Positions 18,555 to 28,653 of a DNA stretch of 64,000 bases are shown piece after piece. The stretch lies in contig JAZKCY010000001.1 of NCBI GenBank assembly GCA_040387855.1, forward strand, positions 445,857-509,856, read 5' to 3'. The position numbers and the translations under genes were made by a program. The first letter of the stretch is position 1; the number at the start of each line of letters is the position of its first letter. Origin of the DNA: Patescibacteria group bacterium. GTDB taxonomy: Bacteria; Patescibacteriota; Minisyncoccia; Phycocordibacterales; JAKAEA01. The notes beneath the pieces are model-generated. The model had not been told where the DNA came from, did no database searches, and saw only the letters and a list, made by a program, of their open reading frames with translations.

Positions 18555-20051
18555 ATGAAAGTAATTACTACCAACGATTTAATAGGAGCAATACAGCCAC
18601 AGGCTAAGCTTGAAAAACAACTTAAAAATTTCGATCTTTCGTACCTTGCATCATTGGCACAAGATTATGTAGTGAATAAACCTATGGTAGAAATGCCAAA
18701 GGATATTCAGGCTGTTAAGACATACTCACGAAACCCAACACTTAAGCAGCGATCATTCTACAAGAAAGCTGAAATGGCAGGACGAGAACTCGTACGAGAA
18801 GGAAAGGTTGGTGCATTCCTTGTAGCAGGAGGACAGGGAACACGACTTGGATACGATGGACCAAAGGGAGAATATAGTGTTACACCAGTGAAGAACAAAT
18901 CTCTTTTCCAGGTATTTGCGGAACAGCTTCTTTCATATTCAAAGGAAGCAGGAAAGACTATCCCTTGGTATATCATGACAAGTGATATCAACCGAACAGC
19001 AACAGAAAAATTCTTCGTTGAAAACAAATATTTCGGTTACAACAAATCTGATATATTCTTCTTCGAACAAGGAATGATGCCTGCATTTGATATGACAACT
19101 GGTAAGCTTTTGCTCGCAGAGAAAGATAGTCTTGCTCTAAGTCCAGACGGACACGGAGGGTCTCTTAAAGCACTTCGCGTAAGTGGAGCACTAGCTGATA
19201 TGCAGAAACGAGGTATCGAACACCTATCATACTTCCAGGTAGACAACCCAATGGTGCATGCTATTGATTACCGATTCTTGGGAATGCACGCTCTTACCGA
19301 CAGTGAAATGAGTAGTAAAGTTGTGCCTAAGGTAAGTGCAACAGAAAAGGTAGGTAACTTCGTAGTTGCTGATGGCAAAGTACAGGTTATTGAATATTCT
19401 GATATGCCAGAAGAACTTGCAAAGACAACTAACTCAGATGGATCACTTAAATTCAATGCAGGATCAATTGCTATTCATGCTCTCTCAGTAAAATTTATCG
19501 AACGACTTACATCAGATGGAAACCTCAAGCTTCCATGGCACCGAGCAGAAAAGAAAGTTGCTTTCCTCGATGCTTCAGGAGCACTCGTGAAGCCAGAAAA
19601 GCCAAATGCAGTAAAGCTTGAACAATTTATTTTCGACGCACTTCCATTGGCACAAAATGCTTTGGTCTACGAAACAGATCGAGCAGAAGAATTTAGTCCA
19701 GTGAAGAATGCAGAAGGAAATGATTCACCACTTACCTCACGACAGCATCAGGTAGCCCGAGCACAGCGATGGCTTAAGGAATTGGGAGTAGAAGTACACC
19801 CAGAATCAGTTGTAGAAATCGATCCTTTGTTTGCAGCATCACGAGATCAGCTTAAAGCACGAAAGCTTGAAGTAGAACAGATTGTTGCAAGTGAAAAGAT
19901 TTATTTCGGACACACTGGAATCGAAAGTTCAGCAACACAACCAACAAGACTCCCTCTACCATTCGGAATGTTCAAAAAAGTTGGAGCTGTGTTTACAAAG
20001 TTTGCAAAGCGCGCACCGAAAGACACTGGAGCAGCAGGCGCACAAGCATAA
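18555..20051 (+). CDS. UDPGP-family nucleotide-sugar pyrophosphorylase (UDP-GlcNAc/UDP-glucose pyrophosphorylase-like)
   Basis: LVAGGQGTRLGYDGPKG is the UDPGP family signature; 498 aa. Confidence 0.7.
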   Translation: MKVITTNDLIGAIQPQAKLEKQLKNFDLSYLASLAQDYVVNKPMVEMPKDIQAVKTYSRNPTLKQRSFYKKAEMAGRELVREGKVGAFLVAGGQGTRLGYDGPKGEYSVTPVKNKSLFQVFAEQLLSYSKEAGKTIPWYIMTSDINRTATEKFFVENKYFGYNKSDIFFFEQGMMPAFDMTTGKLLLAEKDSLALSPDGHGGSLKALRVSGALADMQKRGIEHLSYFQVDNPMVHAIDYRFLGMHALTDSEMSSKVVPKVSATEKVGNFVVADGKVQVIEYSDMPEELAKTTNSDGSLKFNAGSIAIHALSVKFIERLTSDGNLKLPWHRAEKKVAFLDASGALVKPEKPNAVKLEQFIFDALPLAQNALVYETDRAEEFSPVKNAEGNDSPLTSRQHQVARAQRWLKELGVEVHPESVVEIDPLFAASRDQLKARKLEVEQIVASEKIYFGHTGIESSATQPTRLPLPFGMFKKVGAVFTKFAKRAPKDTGAAGAQA

Positions 20052-20073
20052 TTACATTTATCTACACTATACA

Positions 20074-20106
20074 AAAAACCACTGAGTGATGTCGGTGGTT
20101 TTTTGT
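20074..20106 (+). terminator. Rho-independent terminator
   Basis: AACCACTGAGTGATGTCGGTGGTT plus TTTTTG. Confidence 0.7.
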
Positions 20107-20159
20107 TTGCAATAAAAAATGTTCGTTACCGAGAAGGCAACGAACAATGTCATTCTAAA

Positions 20160-20567
20160 CTACGTCAGATTCCATGCGGCAGCTGCTTCGAATGGCTCCA
20201 GCTTCTTTAAGAGCTCTGGGATATCGCGTGCCACTGCTTCGAGCATCTGAGGCAAGTGTGTGAACACCAACTCCACATACTCACGCGCGATAGTTGGATT
20301 GTTGTTCTTTGTCGACGTTAAGAACAACTCGTTTGCTCCGTGGTGGCAGCTGATTGCTGCGTACCTAGCTCCAGGTTCGAAATACACAGACCAGTACAGA
20401 GTGCCTGTCGTGTATTTGTAGCTGCAACGCTCGGTTCCTGGAAGCTCTAGGAGTAGCCCCATGAGTATCTTTGACGTTGAGCCGATCCGGTACTTCATGA
20501 TGTCGAGGGCGTTAGAACCATCGATCATGACACTCATCAGCTGTTTGCCGTTCATCTTGCTGTGCAT
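20160..20567 (-). CDS. Hypothetical protein; GC-rich islet
   Basis: 135-aa ORF, GC about 50%; no family recognised. Confidence 0.35.
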   Translation of the reverse strand: MHSKMNGKQLMSVMIDGSNALDIMKYRIGSTSKILMGLLLELPGTERCSYKYTTGTLYWSVYFEPGARYAAISCHHGANELFLTSTKNNNPTIAREYVELVFTHLPQMLEAVARDIPELLKKLEPFEAAAAWNLT

Positions 20568-20714
20568 CGTACTCCTTATCTCTAAGGACCCTCTCGGGGA
20601 AGATGAGTGAACACGTTGCCCACAACACTCTTCTGATTGGTAGAGTATTGCAGAGACAATTATTAGTCAAATAAAAAAGCACACTCCTACATCGTAGGAC
20701 TGTGCTGTGGTGAA

Positions 20715-21374
20715 CTATCGTGGCGCATGCTTTACTCCGCCGTACTTGCTCGTAACGAAGGTCACCCAGGATGGATGATCGACATCTCGATCGGCAGCGA
20801 TCCATGCATCGTACCACCGCTGACACAAGGGACTTAGAATTTGTCCGTAGTTTTGGACCCACGGAACCATTCCGTACTCGGAAGTCTTTCCCCAGGTCAG
20901 CCGCTCGTACTCGATGAGAGCTGGGATGTCGCCGGGTGCGCAATCGGTCCAGCCGTTTGCGAGATGATCGAGCTCATGAAGCACACCCATGACGATCACT
21001 GATTGCCACATTGCATCACAGTTGATCCCATCCAACTTCTGCCTGATTGCATACTGTCGTTCAAGGGCAGGCATGTACAAATCGATGATGGGGATTCCGT
21101 TTCGTGCTGTGTTGGACATGCTGATCATCTTCTGATCACCAGCATAGGCCGGATGGTCAACGGCTATCACCTTGAGGTCGATGGGCCTTCCGTAGCACCT
21201 GCTGATCGTCAGGCGGTGGGAATCGAATCGCCGCTGAATCAGCTCGAGCGGGTAGGTGCACGAGATCAGCAGGTTGAGGATGGGCCCGATCCTCTGGTTG
21301 TAGAAATCCAACAACGCTGGGGGGAACACTTGTTCAGACATAGGATGCTTGCACTTTCTTTTTGGGAGTGACAT
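20715..21374 (-). CDS. Hypothetical protein with HExxH motif (possible zinc metallopeptidase-like); GC-rich islet; start uncertain
   Basis: VIVMGVLHELDHLANGW contains HELDH. The ORF track start at 21434 is probably too long; Met candidates at 21374 and 21341. Confidence 0.35.
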   Translation of the reverse strand: MSLPKRKCKHPMSEQVFPPALLDFYNQRIGPILNLLISCTYPLELIQRRFDSHRLTISRCYGRPIDLKVIAVDHPAYAGDQKMISMSNTARNGIPIIDLYMPALERQYAIRQKLDGINCDAMWQSVIVMGVLHELDHLANGWTDCAPGDIPALIEYERLTWGKTSEYGMVPWVQNYGQILSPLCQRWYDAWIAADRDVDHPSWVTFVTSKYGGVKHAPR

Positions 21375-21425
21375 ATCGGCAAGTGCCGAACCAAGGTGGA
21401 AAATAACACAATATTTGTAAAAAGT

Positions 21426-21466
21426 CAAAAACAAAAAACAGCCCCTCCGGGCTGCTTTTGTTTTTC
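21426..21466. terminator. Bidirectional terminator hairpin (CAGCCC-CTCC-GGGCTG) with flanking A- and T-runs
   Basis: Lies downstream of the minus-strand PMM gene and bounds the GC islet. Confidence 0.6.
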
Positions 21467-21487
21467 TTATATTAGTAAAGAAGAAAA

Positions 21488-22781
21488 TTACACCAATGCT
21501 TTCAACTTGGCAATAAACTCCACAATAGAGTCTAAGTTCTTACCTCCACCAATCACTCGTACGATAGGTTCGGTGTTGGATGTGCGCATATTGACCCAAA
21601 CATCGCCTTTATCGAGCGTAATACCCTCTAGGGTCTCTATGGTAGCCCCTTCAGCCTTTGCGAGCTCGTGGACCTTTGGCTCGATATCAGCCCATTTCTT
21701 GTCTCCAAGCTTGATGTCATCGTTCTTTGTGTAGTGTTCTGGAAGACTCTTCACAAATTCTGAAAGCTTGTCTGAAATCTTTGAAACAGTATTTGCTACT
21801 GTAACCATTGTGAAGATTCCTGAATCGTTCTTGAAGAAGTCATCGAAGTAGTAGTGACCAGAAAATTCTCCAGCAGTACTTGCGTTTTGTTCTCGCAAGA
21901 TACTCTTCACATAGAATGTTCCTACTTTTGATCGCAAGAGTTCTGTGTCAGAAAATAGTTTTAGAGACTGGAGTGATTTGTACACCCATTCATCTGCTAC
22001 ATACGGAGGCTTTCGATGTTTGAAAAGAAGAACACAAATCATGTATGAAGGCATGAGTTCGCCTTTTTCATCCACGAAGAATGCTCGGTCTCCATCGGCA
22101 TCAAATGCAACTCCAAAATCTGCTTGCTGCTTAATCACTTCTGCTGCGAGCTGATTTGTTGCTCCTGCGATAAGTGGATTTGGTCCGTGAGCTTTGAAGT
22201 CTGCATCTGGAGTATCGTTGATTACGATAAGCTCAAGATTTGGAATGTCTTTTAATTCTTTCAATACAAGACCAGTTGTTCCGTTTGAACAATCGGCAAC
22301 AATCTTTAATTTCTTTTCAAGAGAGAAACCTTTCTTGATAAATTCTGCATACAGGGGAAAGTAGTCCATAGAATTATGAAAGTTTATCAATAGCTTCTAA
22401 TACCTGAGTACCACTAATCATCACAGCTTCAGGACCTACAACTTTTGCTCCGTTGTATTCCTTTGGATTGTGAGATGCTGTAACCATTGCTCCTCCTGAT
22501 GCTTTGTAATGGCACACTAAGAAATAAAACATTGGAGTTGTAGAAAGGCCCACAGCTCTGACTGTAATATTCTTATTTAGTACTTTTGCTTCAGCCAAAA
22601 TACTGTCTTCTAAAACCTTCATCATTTCTGGTGATCCGTGACGTGCATCATGGGCTACTACTATTTCGCCTTCGTTAAACATGTGTGCACACGCTCGTCC
22701 TACCTGACTAATTGATCCTTCATTAATATCGGTGGGGTATATACCACGAATATCGTACGCTTTGAATATGCTTCGATTCAT
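21488..22781 (-). pseudogene. Phosphomannomutase/phosphoglucomutase (alpha-D-phosphohexomutase) split by an apparent frameshift at about 22374-22390
   Basis: ORF 22374..22781 encodes domain I with the active site TASHNP. ORF 21488..22390 encodes domains II-IV (FDADGDRAFFVDEKGE). They overlap by 17 bp in different frames next to an A-run. Together 135+300 aa matches one normal gene. Confidence 0.6.
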
Positions 22782-22837
22782 ATAATTATAGTATAATATA
22801 GACTCTACAATTAGTATAAGACATAAAAATTACCAAA

Positions 22838-23428
22838 ATGTTACAAGAACATCCAGATCAAATACCGGGTATGCCACAGGAGCCTGAAGGCAATGACGAA
22901 CAGGCAAAAAACACTACAGAACAGGCACCACACGTTGTTACAAACCTTGCTGAATTTGAAGTGGAGCAAACTACCATGTTTGGAAATGCAGTAAAACGTG
23001 CAGGAGAAGTATATGCCAATGTTTCAGAAGCAATGCAACAGAGAGCTCGAATTCTTACCTTCGGAGCAGCTGCTCTTTTGGCTGTCGCAACAGGATGCTC
23101 AAGCAATCATCCATCAAGTGCAAAGAATCCTCATGGGCTTTCTGCTGATAAAGTGTTGCGAGATATTGGACGTAATGCAGAAGAGGCAATTAATGATGCT
23201 ACAGAAGATGCTCAAAGATCGTCACGACCACGAACTACAGTGAACAGACAATATAATGATGGATTTCAAATTAGAGCAGGAGCAAAATTGGAAGGTTTCA
23301 ATGTTATAAAAAAGGAGGGTAAGCACGACCACGATCATGATCACGACAAGCCAAAGGCAAAACCAAAAGCTGAAAAGCCTTCAAAACCTGCTGCTCCAAA
23401 AAATACTAAACGCAATAATAAACTCTAA
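22838..23428 (+). CDS. Putative lipoprotein with C-terminal His-Asp repeat (KHDHDHDHDKPKAKPKAEKP); true start probably the internal Met near 23030
   Basis: The internal MQQRARILTFGAAALLAVATGCSS is a signal peptide plus lipobox. The HD repeat followed by a lysine-rich tail suggests metal binding. Confidence 0.45.
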   Translation: MLQEHPDQIPGMPQEPEGNDEQAKNTTEQAPHVVTNLAEFEVEQTTMFGNAVKRAGEVYANVSEAMQQRARILTFGAAALLAVATGCSSNHPSSAKNPHGLSADKVLRDIGRNAEEAINDATEDAQRSSRPRTTVNRQYNDGFQIRAGAKLEGFNVIKKEGKHDHDHDHDKPKAKPKAEKPSKPAAPKNTKRNNKL

Positions 23429-23433
23429 TTCTT

Positions 23434-23712
23434 ATGTCTACAAATTACGAACGAATTAAAGTATGTGTTGCGTCCTCAACTATTTCCGATACTGACAAAA
23501 AATATATAACTGATCTTTTTGCCGAGGTTGCTGATCAAAACTTAGCTGAGATTGCTGAACTCTTTGAATCAAAGCCAAAATGGGTGGCTATGTTTAACGA
23601 TAATCGAAAGAAAAAGCAAGAAGCATATGCGTCTGGTGATGCAAGTGCATGGCAATCTATACTTGAAGAAGAAAAGAAAATGATGGACGATCTTCTCTAC
23701 GATCGCGATTAG
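23434..23712 (+). CDS. Hypothetical small protein
   Basis: 92-aa ORF in operon position; no family recognised. Confidence 0.3.
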   Translation: MSTNYERIKVCVASSTISDTDKKYITDLFAEVADQNLAEIAELFESKPKWVAMFNDNRKKKQEAYASGDASAWQSILEEEKKMMDDLLYDRD

Positions 23713-23731
23713 TAGTATTGTTGGTATTCAT

Positions 23732-24361
23732 ATGAAAAAAGTAATTACTGTAATTCTGATTATAGCTGTACTTCTTGTTGGTGGGTGGTTTGTGTTTTTT
23801 AGAACCGAGACTCAACTAGCTGCAAGTATTCGCAATTATCCCTCATCAGGGGAAAATATTATTGCTTTTGGTGATAGTTTGGTTTTTGGTGTGGGATCTG
23901 AAAATGGTGGATTTGTCCAAAAGCTTTCAGATCAGATAGGGCAGCCTATTATAAATGAAGGAGTTCCTGGCAACACTACTGAACAGGCTTTGAAGCGAAT
24001 TAATAGTGTATTGGAACAAGATCCAAAGATCGTAATAGTCTTGTTAGGAGGAAATGATGCTCTGCAAAAAGTGCCAGTAAGTGAGACATTTAAAAAATTG
24101 GACGAGATAATTACTAAGATAGAAGAGAGGGGAGCCATAGTAGTTCTTCTTGGAGTCCAAGGTGGAATTTTGAGTGATCCATATAGTGATCAGTTTAAAG
24201 AATTGGCAAAAAAACACGATTCAGCATTCATTCCGCACATCTTAGCTGGGGTATTTGGCAACAAAGAGTTTATGTACGACACGGTGCATCCAAATGATGC
24301 TGGGTATCAAAAAATTGCTGATAAAATTAAACCACTTTTACAAAGTCTTGTAAAGATCTAG
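23732..24361 (+). CDS. SGNH/GDSL hydrolase (arylesterase/TesA-like)
   Basis: GDS block (IIAFGDSLVFG), LLGGNDA block, and DTVHPNDAGYQKIA (catalytic D..H). Confidence 0.7.
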   Translation: MKKVITVILIIAVLLVGGWFVFFRTETQLAASIRNYPSSGENIIAFGDSLVFGVGSENGGFVQKLSDQIGQPIINEGVPGNTTEQALKRINSVLEQDPKIVIVLLGGNDALQKVPVSETFKKLDEIITKIEERGAIVVLLGVQGGILSDPYSDQFKELAKKHDSAFIPHILAGVFGNKEFMYDTVHPNDAGYQKIADKIKPLLQSLVKI

Positions 24362-24430
24362 ACAGAGTTGTAAGGATGGTATAGTCTGCCTCGTCATACC
24401 CTTGTAATCCGCACAGGGAGCACAGCAGTT

Positions 24431-25021
24431 ATGAACAGCATGATTAAAACGGTGATAGTGATGAGTGCGATGGTATTGGCTATCCTCATTCCTATAGGTC
24501 TATCAAAAGTAGACCCGCATAAAGATCAATTTGCCCAAGGCAACCAGACACAAGTACTGGGCACGTCTGAGGTTATTGGCTTTACGCCACCATTCACAGC
24601 GAGCTCAACAACACTCTTTGCTACTACTACACCTCAATCAACTACAACTCCAGCAGTTTCTAAGACTGTAGCGAAGAAGACTCCTGTAGTTCACAAGTCT
24701 CAGTATTCACGACAAACTCTTAATGCTCTCACAACTACTGAAGAGCTTGACTCAGTGCTCTATCATATTGCCTTTTGTGAATCCGGACATGACCCATTGG
24801 CTCGAAATAAAACAAGCTCAGCAAAGGGACTCCTTCAGATAATTGATGGAACATGGAAAAGTTTTGGTTGTACCGGTAGTGTTCTCAATCGAGAAGACAA
24901 TTATGCCTGTGGTGTGAAGATTGCTACTCAATCAGGACTGCATCACTGGGACGCATCTGCACATTGTTGGATGCCTCTTGTGAAGCGAGACCAAATTGCG
25001 GATAATAGAACCTATGAATAA
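24431..25021 (+). CDS. Secreted transglycosylase-like domain protein (paralog of 17415..17855)
   Basis: IAFCESGHDP...AKGLLQIIDGTW...HHWDASAHCW shares the CES / GL.QI / W.AS..CW blocks with the 17415 protein. N-terminal signal or TM, and a Thr-rich linker. Confidence 0.45.
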   Translation: MNSMIKTVIVMSAMVLAILIPIGLSKVDPHKDQFAQGNQTQVLGTSEVIGFTPPFTASSTTLFATTTPQSTTTPAVSKTVAKKTPVVHKSQYSRQTLNALTTTEELDSVLYHIAFCESGHDPLARNKTSSAKGLLQIIDGTWKSFGCTGSVLNREDNYACGVKIATQSGLHHWDASAHCWMPLVKRDQIADNRTYE

Positions 25022-25475
25022 AAGATTTGTTTTTATTGGACTATTACTAATAATTCTTTTTATTGTAGGTACACTCACATTTTCTCAGAATAATTCAGTA
25101 CCACCCATAACCGTTGTTCCAGAAAACCCACTCGCAAGTACAACACCTGCTACAACCACTCCCATAGTACAAGAACCTGAACCTACAAATTATATTGTGG
25201 ATCAGTCGTATCACAACAAAAGTATAACTCTCAAAGTAGGTGATGAATTTTTGCTAGACTTAGCAGATGATATTGATTGGAAAGTTACACTTACAAATTC
25301 TGGAATCGTAGAACAGCTTAAGACATCAGAAGCACTCCAAGGAACACAAGGGATATTTAAAGCTATAAAAGCAGGGGAAACTACTCTAAATGCAGGAGGC
25401 GGCAAGAAGTGCGCCGAAGGGATGGCTTGTATCCTCATTTACGCAGAATTTACTACTAAGATTATTGTGAAATAA
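24996..25475 (+). CDS. Hypothetical secreted protein
   Basis: N-terminal TM or signal peptide and a Thr/Pro linker; no family recognised. Confidence 0.35.
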   Translation: MRIIEPMNKRFVFIGLLLIILFIVGTLTFSQNNSVPPITVVPENPLASTTPATTTPIVQEPEPTNYIVDQSYHNKSITLKVGDEFLLDLADDIDWKVTLTNSGIVEQLKTSEALQGTQGIFKAIKAGETTLNAGGGKKCAEGMACILIYAEFTTKIIVK

Positions 25476-25575
25476 GGCTGGGGAAAGCTCAACAACTAAG
25501 TTTTTAAAACCAAGGTATAATTGTTACGTACCATAGGCTTGCTCGTAGTATAGGTGAGCCTGTGTACATTTACAC

Positions 25576-26133
25576 ATGGAGTATAACGAAAAAGACCTGA
25601 TTATAAGGAGCCAAAAGGGCGAATCTGAAGCCTTTGGCCGATTGTATGATAAATACATCCGTACTATCTATGACTTTGTCTATTACAAGACTCGTCATAA
25701 AGAAACGGCTGAAGATCTCACAAGTCAAACATTTTTTAAGGCATTAAAAAATATGGCTTCGGTAGATTCTAATAAACCTTTTTCTTCGTGGTTGTATAAA
25801 ATTGCGCAGAACACGGTTTTGGATCATTACCGGACCAAGCGCAATAATCAGGATATAGATGATGTCTACGATATAGCTGATGACACAGATATCGTAGGAA
25901 GTTTGGATATTGCAGAAGATAGTAAGCACATCAAAAAATATCTTGAGAAGTTAGCTCCACTCGAACGCGATATTATTATTATGAGAGTATGGCAAGAATT
26001 ATCTTATAAAGAGATAGCACAAATCCTCGGTAAGTCTGAGGCTAGTTGTAAAATGTCATATTCGCGAAGTATTAAAAAGCTCCGTGAATTCCTTCCGGTC
26101 GCACTCCTACTACTTCTCGTTTCCTACATTTAA
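25576..26133 (+). CDS. ECF-type RNA polymerase sigma factor (sigma-70 family, regions 2 and 4)
   Basis: Region 2 (FGRLYDKYIRTIYDFVYYKT...AEDLTSQTFFKA) and region 4 HTH (LSYKEIAQILGKSEASCKMSYSRSIKKLRE). Confidence 0.8.
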   Translation: MEYNEKDLIIRSQKGESEAFGRLYDKYIRTIYDFVYYKTRHKETAEDLTSQTFFKALKNMASVDSNKPFSSWLYKIAQNTVLDHYRTKRNNQDIDDVYDIADDTDIVGSLDIAEDSKHIKKYLEKLAPLERDIIIMRVWQELSYKEIAQILGKSEASCKMSYSRSIKKLREFLPVALLLLLVSYI

Positions 26134-26138
26134 TTACA

Positions 26139-27731
26139 ATGAAACATCTAAAGACAACCGAAGAACGAACAGAGGCAATCATAAAGGATTTATATAAATT
26201 AGATCCAAGCTTCACAAAGCACGCACCAGAATTGCGTACTATTGTTGCTGATTTGATTACGCTCCAACCGGATACTCACTTTGATGAGTCTTTTGCCCAG
26301 CAATTAAAGAGTAGCTTGATGATCGAAGCTCATACTGGCGTTCATACAGCATCTCGATTTGAAAAAATTGTTTCTCCATTTTCATCACTTTTTGCAACAC
26401 GATTGTTTACGGGATTAGCAGGTGCAATGATGGCAATTATTATTGTTGCTCCATTAACATACCTTGCAACAAAGAAAACTATTCAAGTTAGTCCTGAAGT
26501 TGCAGTAAAAAATATTTCATCAGGGTTAAGTCTGAAACAACAAATAAATAATAAGGGAACCAATGCCTTTGGAACTTTGGCATATTTGCCGGTGTCCTCA
26601 AATGCCAATAATACTGCTACAGCTGATGCAATGACAAAATCTGCATCACCTGAAGTTTCAAATCAGTCTATGTCGGCTTTTGGTGCAGCATCTACTGATC
26701 CAACAAATGGAGTAGAGAATTTTACATATATATACAAAGGCGAACCATTAAAACTTTCACAAACTGAAGGCACAGTACTTAAACGAACAAAAGGAATCAA
26801 CGCAGGCAATCAATTAGCCGACTTTATTAAAGGTGCAAATTTTGGACTTACAAATCTTGAATCTTTTTCTCAGCTAAATTTGCAAAATATTCAGTTGTCA
26901 GAGAATAAGGATTTTGGCTATACCGTTAATGTAAATTTTGACGAGGGAAACATGGTCATTATGCAAAACTGGCAGAAATGGAATGTTAAGACTGATCGGG
27001 TAGAACTCCCAGCTTCAAGTTCACTTGATGATGATACTATTCTTTCTATTGCTCAGACATTTATAAAAGACCGAGGCATTGATACATCTATTTATGGCAA
27101 AGCTGTTGTAGAAAATAAAATTTACAGTAATCCCGACGCATCAGGAAAAATGAAAAAGTATGCATACGATACTGTGATTGTAACGTATCCACTTATACTT
27201 GATGGAAAGGAAGTCTATGACGAGGGAGGAATGCGCTATGGTCTCCAGGTAAATGTTGATATTCGAGAAAAGAAAGTTTCAGGAATCAACAATCTTACAT
27301 CTCAGTTATATGAAAGTTCAAAGTATGCATTAGAAACAGATGCTCAAAAGATTATCGATGCTGCAACATCAACTGCAAATCCTTCGGCACAGACACGTGT
27401 TTCTACTACAAAGACTATAGAGCTTGGATCACCAAAGCAGGTGCTCATGCGAAATTGGACTACTGATGCTTCGGGAGTTACAACGGAGATTTATGTTCCT
27501 GCATTATTATTCGGAGTTAAGCAAAATTCAAACCTTTCAAATATTCCACAAAATATTATTGTGCCGCTTATTAAAGATGTCACAAATCAAGTGAAAAATT
27601 CTAAGCCAGATGCAGTACCAATGCCACGCCCTACAGGTGAACCCATAGTAACTGATCCAATTGTTGTGCCTATCGCAACTTCTACAGCGACTACATCTTC
27701 TGAAACATCAGCAACAACAACGACTGAATAA
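26139..27731 (+). CDS. Putative anti-sigma factor: single-pass membrane protein with large extracytoplasmic domain
   Basis: Directly downstream of the ECF sigma gene. Cytoplasmic N-terminal ~100 aa, one TM (LAGAMMAIIIVAPLTYL), and a 400-aa outside domain ending in a Thr/Ser-rich tail. Confidence 0.5.
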   Translation: MKHLKTTEERTEAIIKDLYKLDPSFTKHAPELRTIVADLITLQPDTHFDESFAQQLKSSLMIEAHTGVHTASRFEKIVSPFSSLFATRLFTGLAGAMMAIIIVAPLTYLATKKTIQVSPEVAVKNISSGLSLKQQINNKGTNAFGTLAYLPVSSNANNTATADAMTKSASPEVSNQSMSAFGAASTDPTNGVENFTYIYKGEPLKLSQTEGTVLKRTKGINAGNQLADFIKGANFGLTNLESFSQLNLQNIQLSENKDFGYTVNVNFDEGNMVIMQNWQKWNVKTDRVELPASSSLDDDTILSIAQTFIKDRGIDTSIYGKAVVENKIYSNPDASGKMKKYAYDTVIVTYPLILDGKEVYDEGGMRYGLQVNVDIREKKVSGINNLTSQLYESSKYALETDAQKIIDAATSTANPSAQTRVSTTKTIELGSPKQVLMRNWTTDASGVTTEIYVPALLFGVKQNSNLSNIPQNIIVPLIKDVTNQVKNSKPDAVPMPRPTGEPIVTDPIVVPIATSTATTSSETSATTTTE

Positions 27732-27777
27732 GATATCCCCACACTCAGGTATAGCGTATATGCTATGATTTATATAC

Positions 27778-28365
27778 ATGAAAAGGTTCGGTGTAGGGTA
27801 TATAGTAGTTTTTCTTCTCGTATATTGTTTTCCATTACATAGTGAGGATATAACTCTTGATGTTTCAAAAGTAGCAGAAAAGGCGGTACCTATTGTTTCT
27901 GCAGATATCATCGAACCTAAACGTCTACTTATCCCAGCTTTAAAAGTATTGTCACCAATCGTAGGAATGGGACAAACTCCAGAGGGTAGAATGGCGGTGC
28001 CTGATAATTATACTGAAGTTGGTTGGTACAATCTTGGAACTCGGCCAGGGGCTATTGGTAGTGCTGTTATGGGTGCACATGTTGATAATGGGAGTACTCT
28101 TCATGGTGTATTTAAGAACCTTAAAAAGCTTAAAATAGGAGATGATATTTATGTACTCGATCAGTTTAATAACGCCTTGCATTATAGGGTAACTGAAAAA
28201 ACTATCTATCCTTATAGATCTAAAGATACAGAGAAAGTATTTTCTCGAAATGATGCTCGTAGATTAAATTTAATTACCTGTTATGGTACATGGTTACCAA
28301 AAGAAAACACTTACGATCGGAGATTGGTGATATTTGCTGAGCTTGTTAAAAAACAGAAATTATAA
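27778..28365 (+). CDS. Sortase family transpeptidase
   Basis: N-terminal TM, catalytic His region (MGAHVDNGS) and the LITCYG (TLxTC) active-site cysteine motif. Confidence 0.75.
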   Translation: MKRFGVGYIVVFLLVYCFPLHSEDITLDVSKVAEKAVPIVSADIIEPKRLLIPALKVLSPIVGMGQTPEGRMAVPDNYTEVGWYNLGTRPGAIGSAVMGAHVDNGSTLHGVFKNLKKLKIGDDIYVLDQFNNALHYRVTEKTIYPYRSKDTEKVFSRNDARRLNLITCYGTWLPKENTYDRRLVIFAELVKKQKL

Positions 28366-28548
28366 TTTCTTATCTGAAGGAACGATGAGTGCCAAAATAA
28401 TATAAGCAATAATTCCAGCTCCACCTACAAGAGTAAAGACGACCCAACCAATTCTAACAAGTGTTGGATCTATAGAAAAATACTCTCCAAGTCCACCGCA
28501 TACACCTGCAATAAAACGATCATTTGATGATCTATGTAGTTTTTTCAT
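28360..28548 (-). CDS. PspC domain-containing small membrane protein
   Basis: RFIAGVCGGLGEYFSIDPTLVRIGWVVFTL is the PspC signature. Confidence 0.75.
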   Translation of the reverse strand: MKKLHRSSNDRFIAGVCGGLGEYFSIDPTLVRIGWVVFTLVGGAGIIAYIILALIVPSDKKL

Positions 28549-28653
28549 AATGGAATTATTTTACTCTATATTTTTGTAAGTATCCAGCTATGTGTGCGTC
28601 GGTACAAGTGCATGTAATTAGTGTGCATATTGTTACCTTAAAATTTAACCAGC

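Noticed and set aside
2004-19456. Many 60-100-aa ORFs on the strand opposite to, or overlapping, well-supported genes (for example 2004-2228, 3277-3527, 10342-10973, 13650-14201, 14321-14632, 18758-19456)
   Set aside because: Low-complexity or compositionally odd translations fully embedded in genes with strong family signatures. They are typical six-frame noise.
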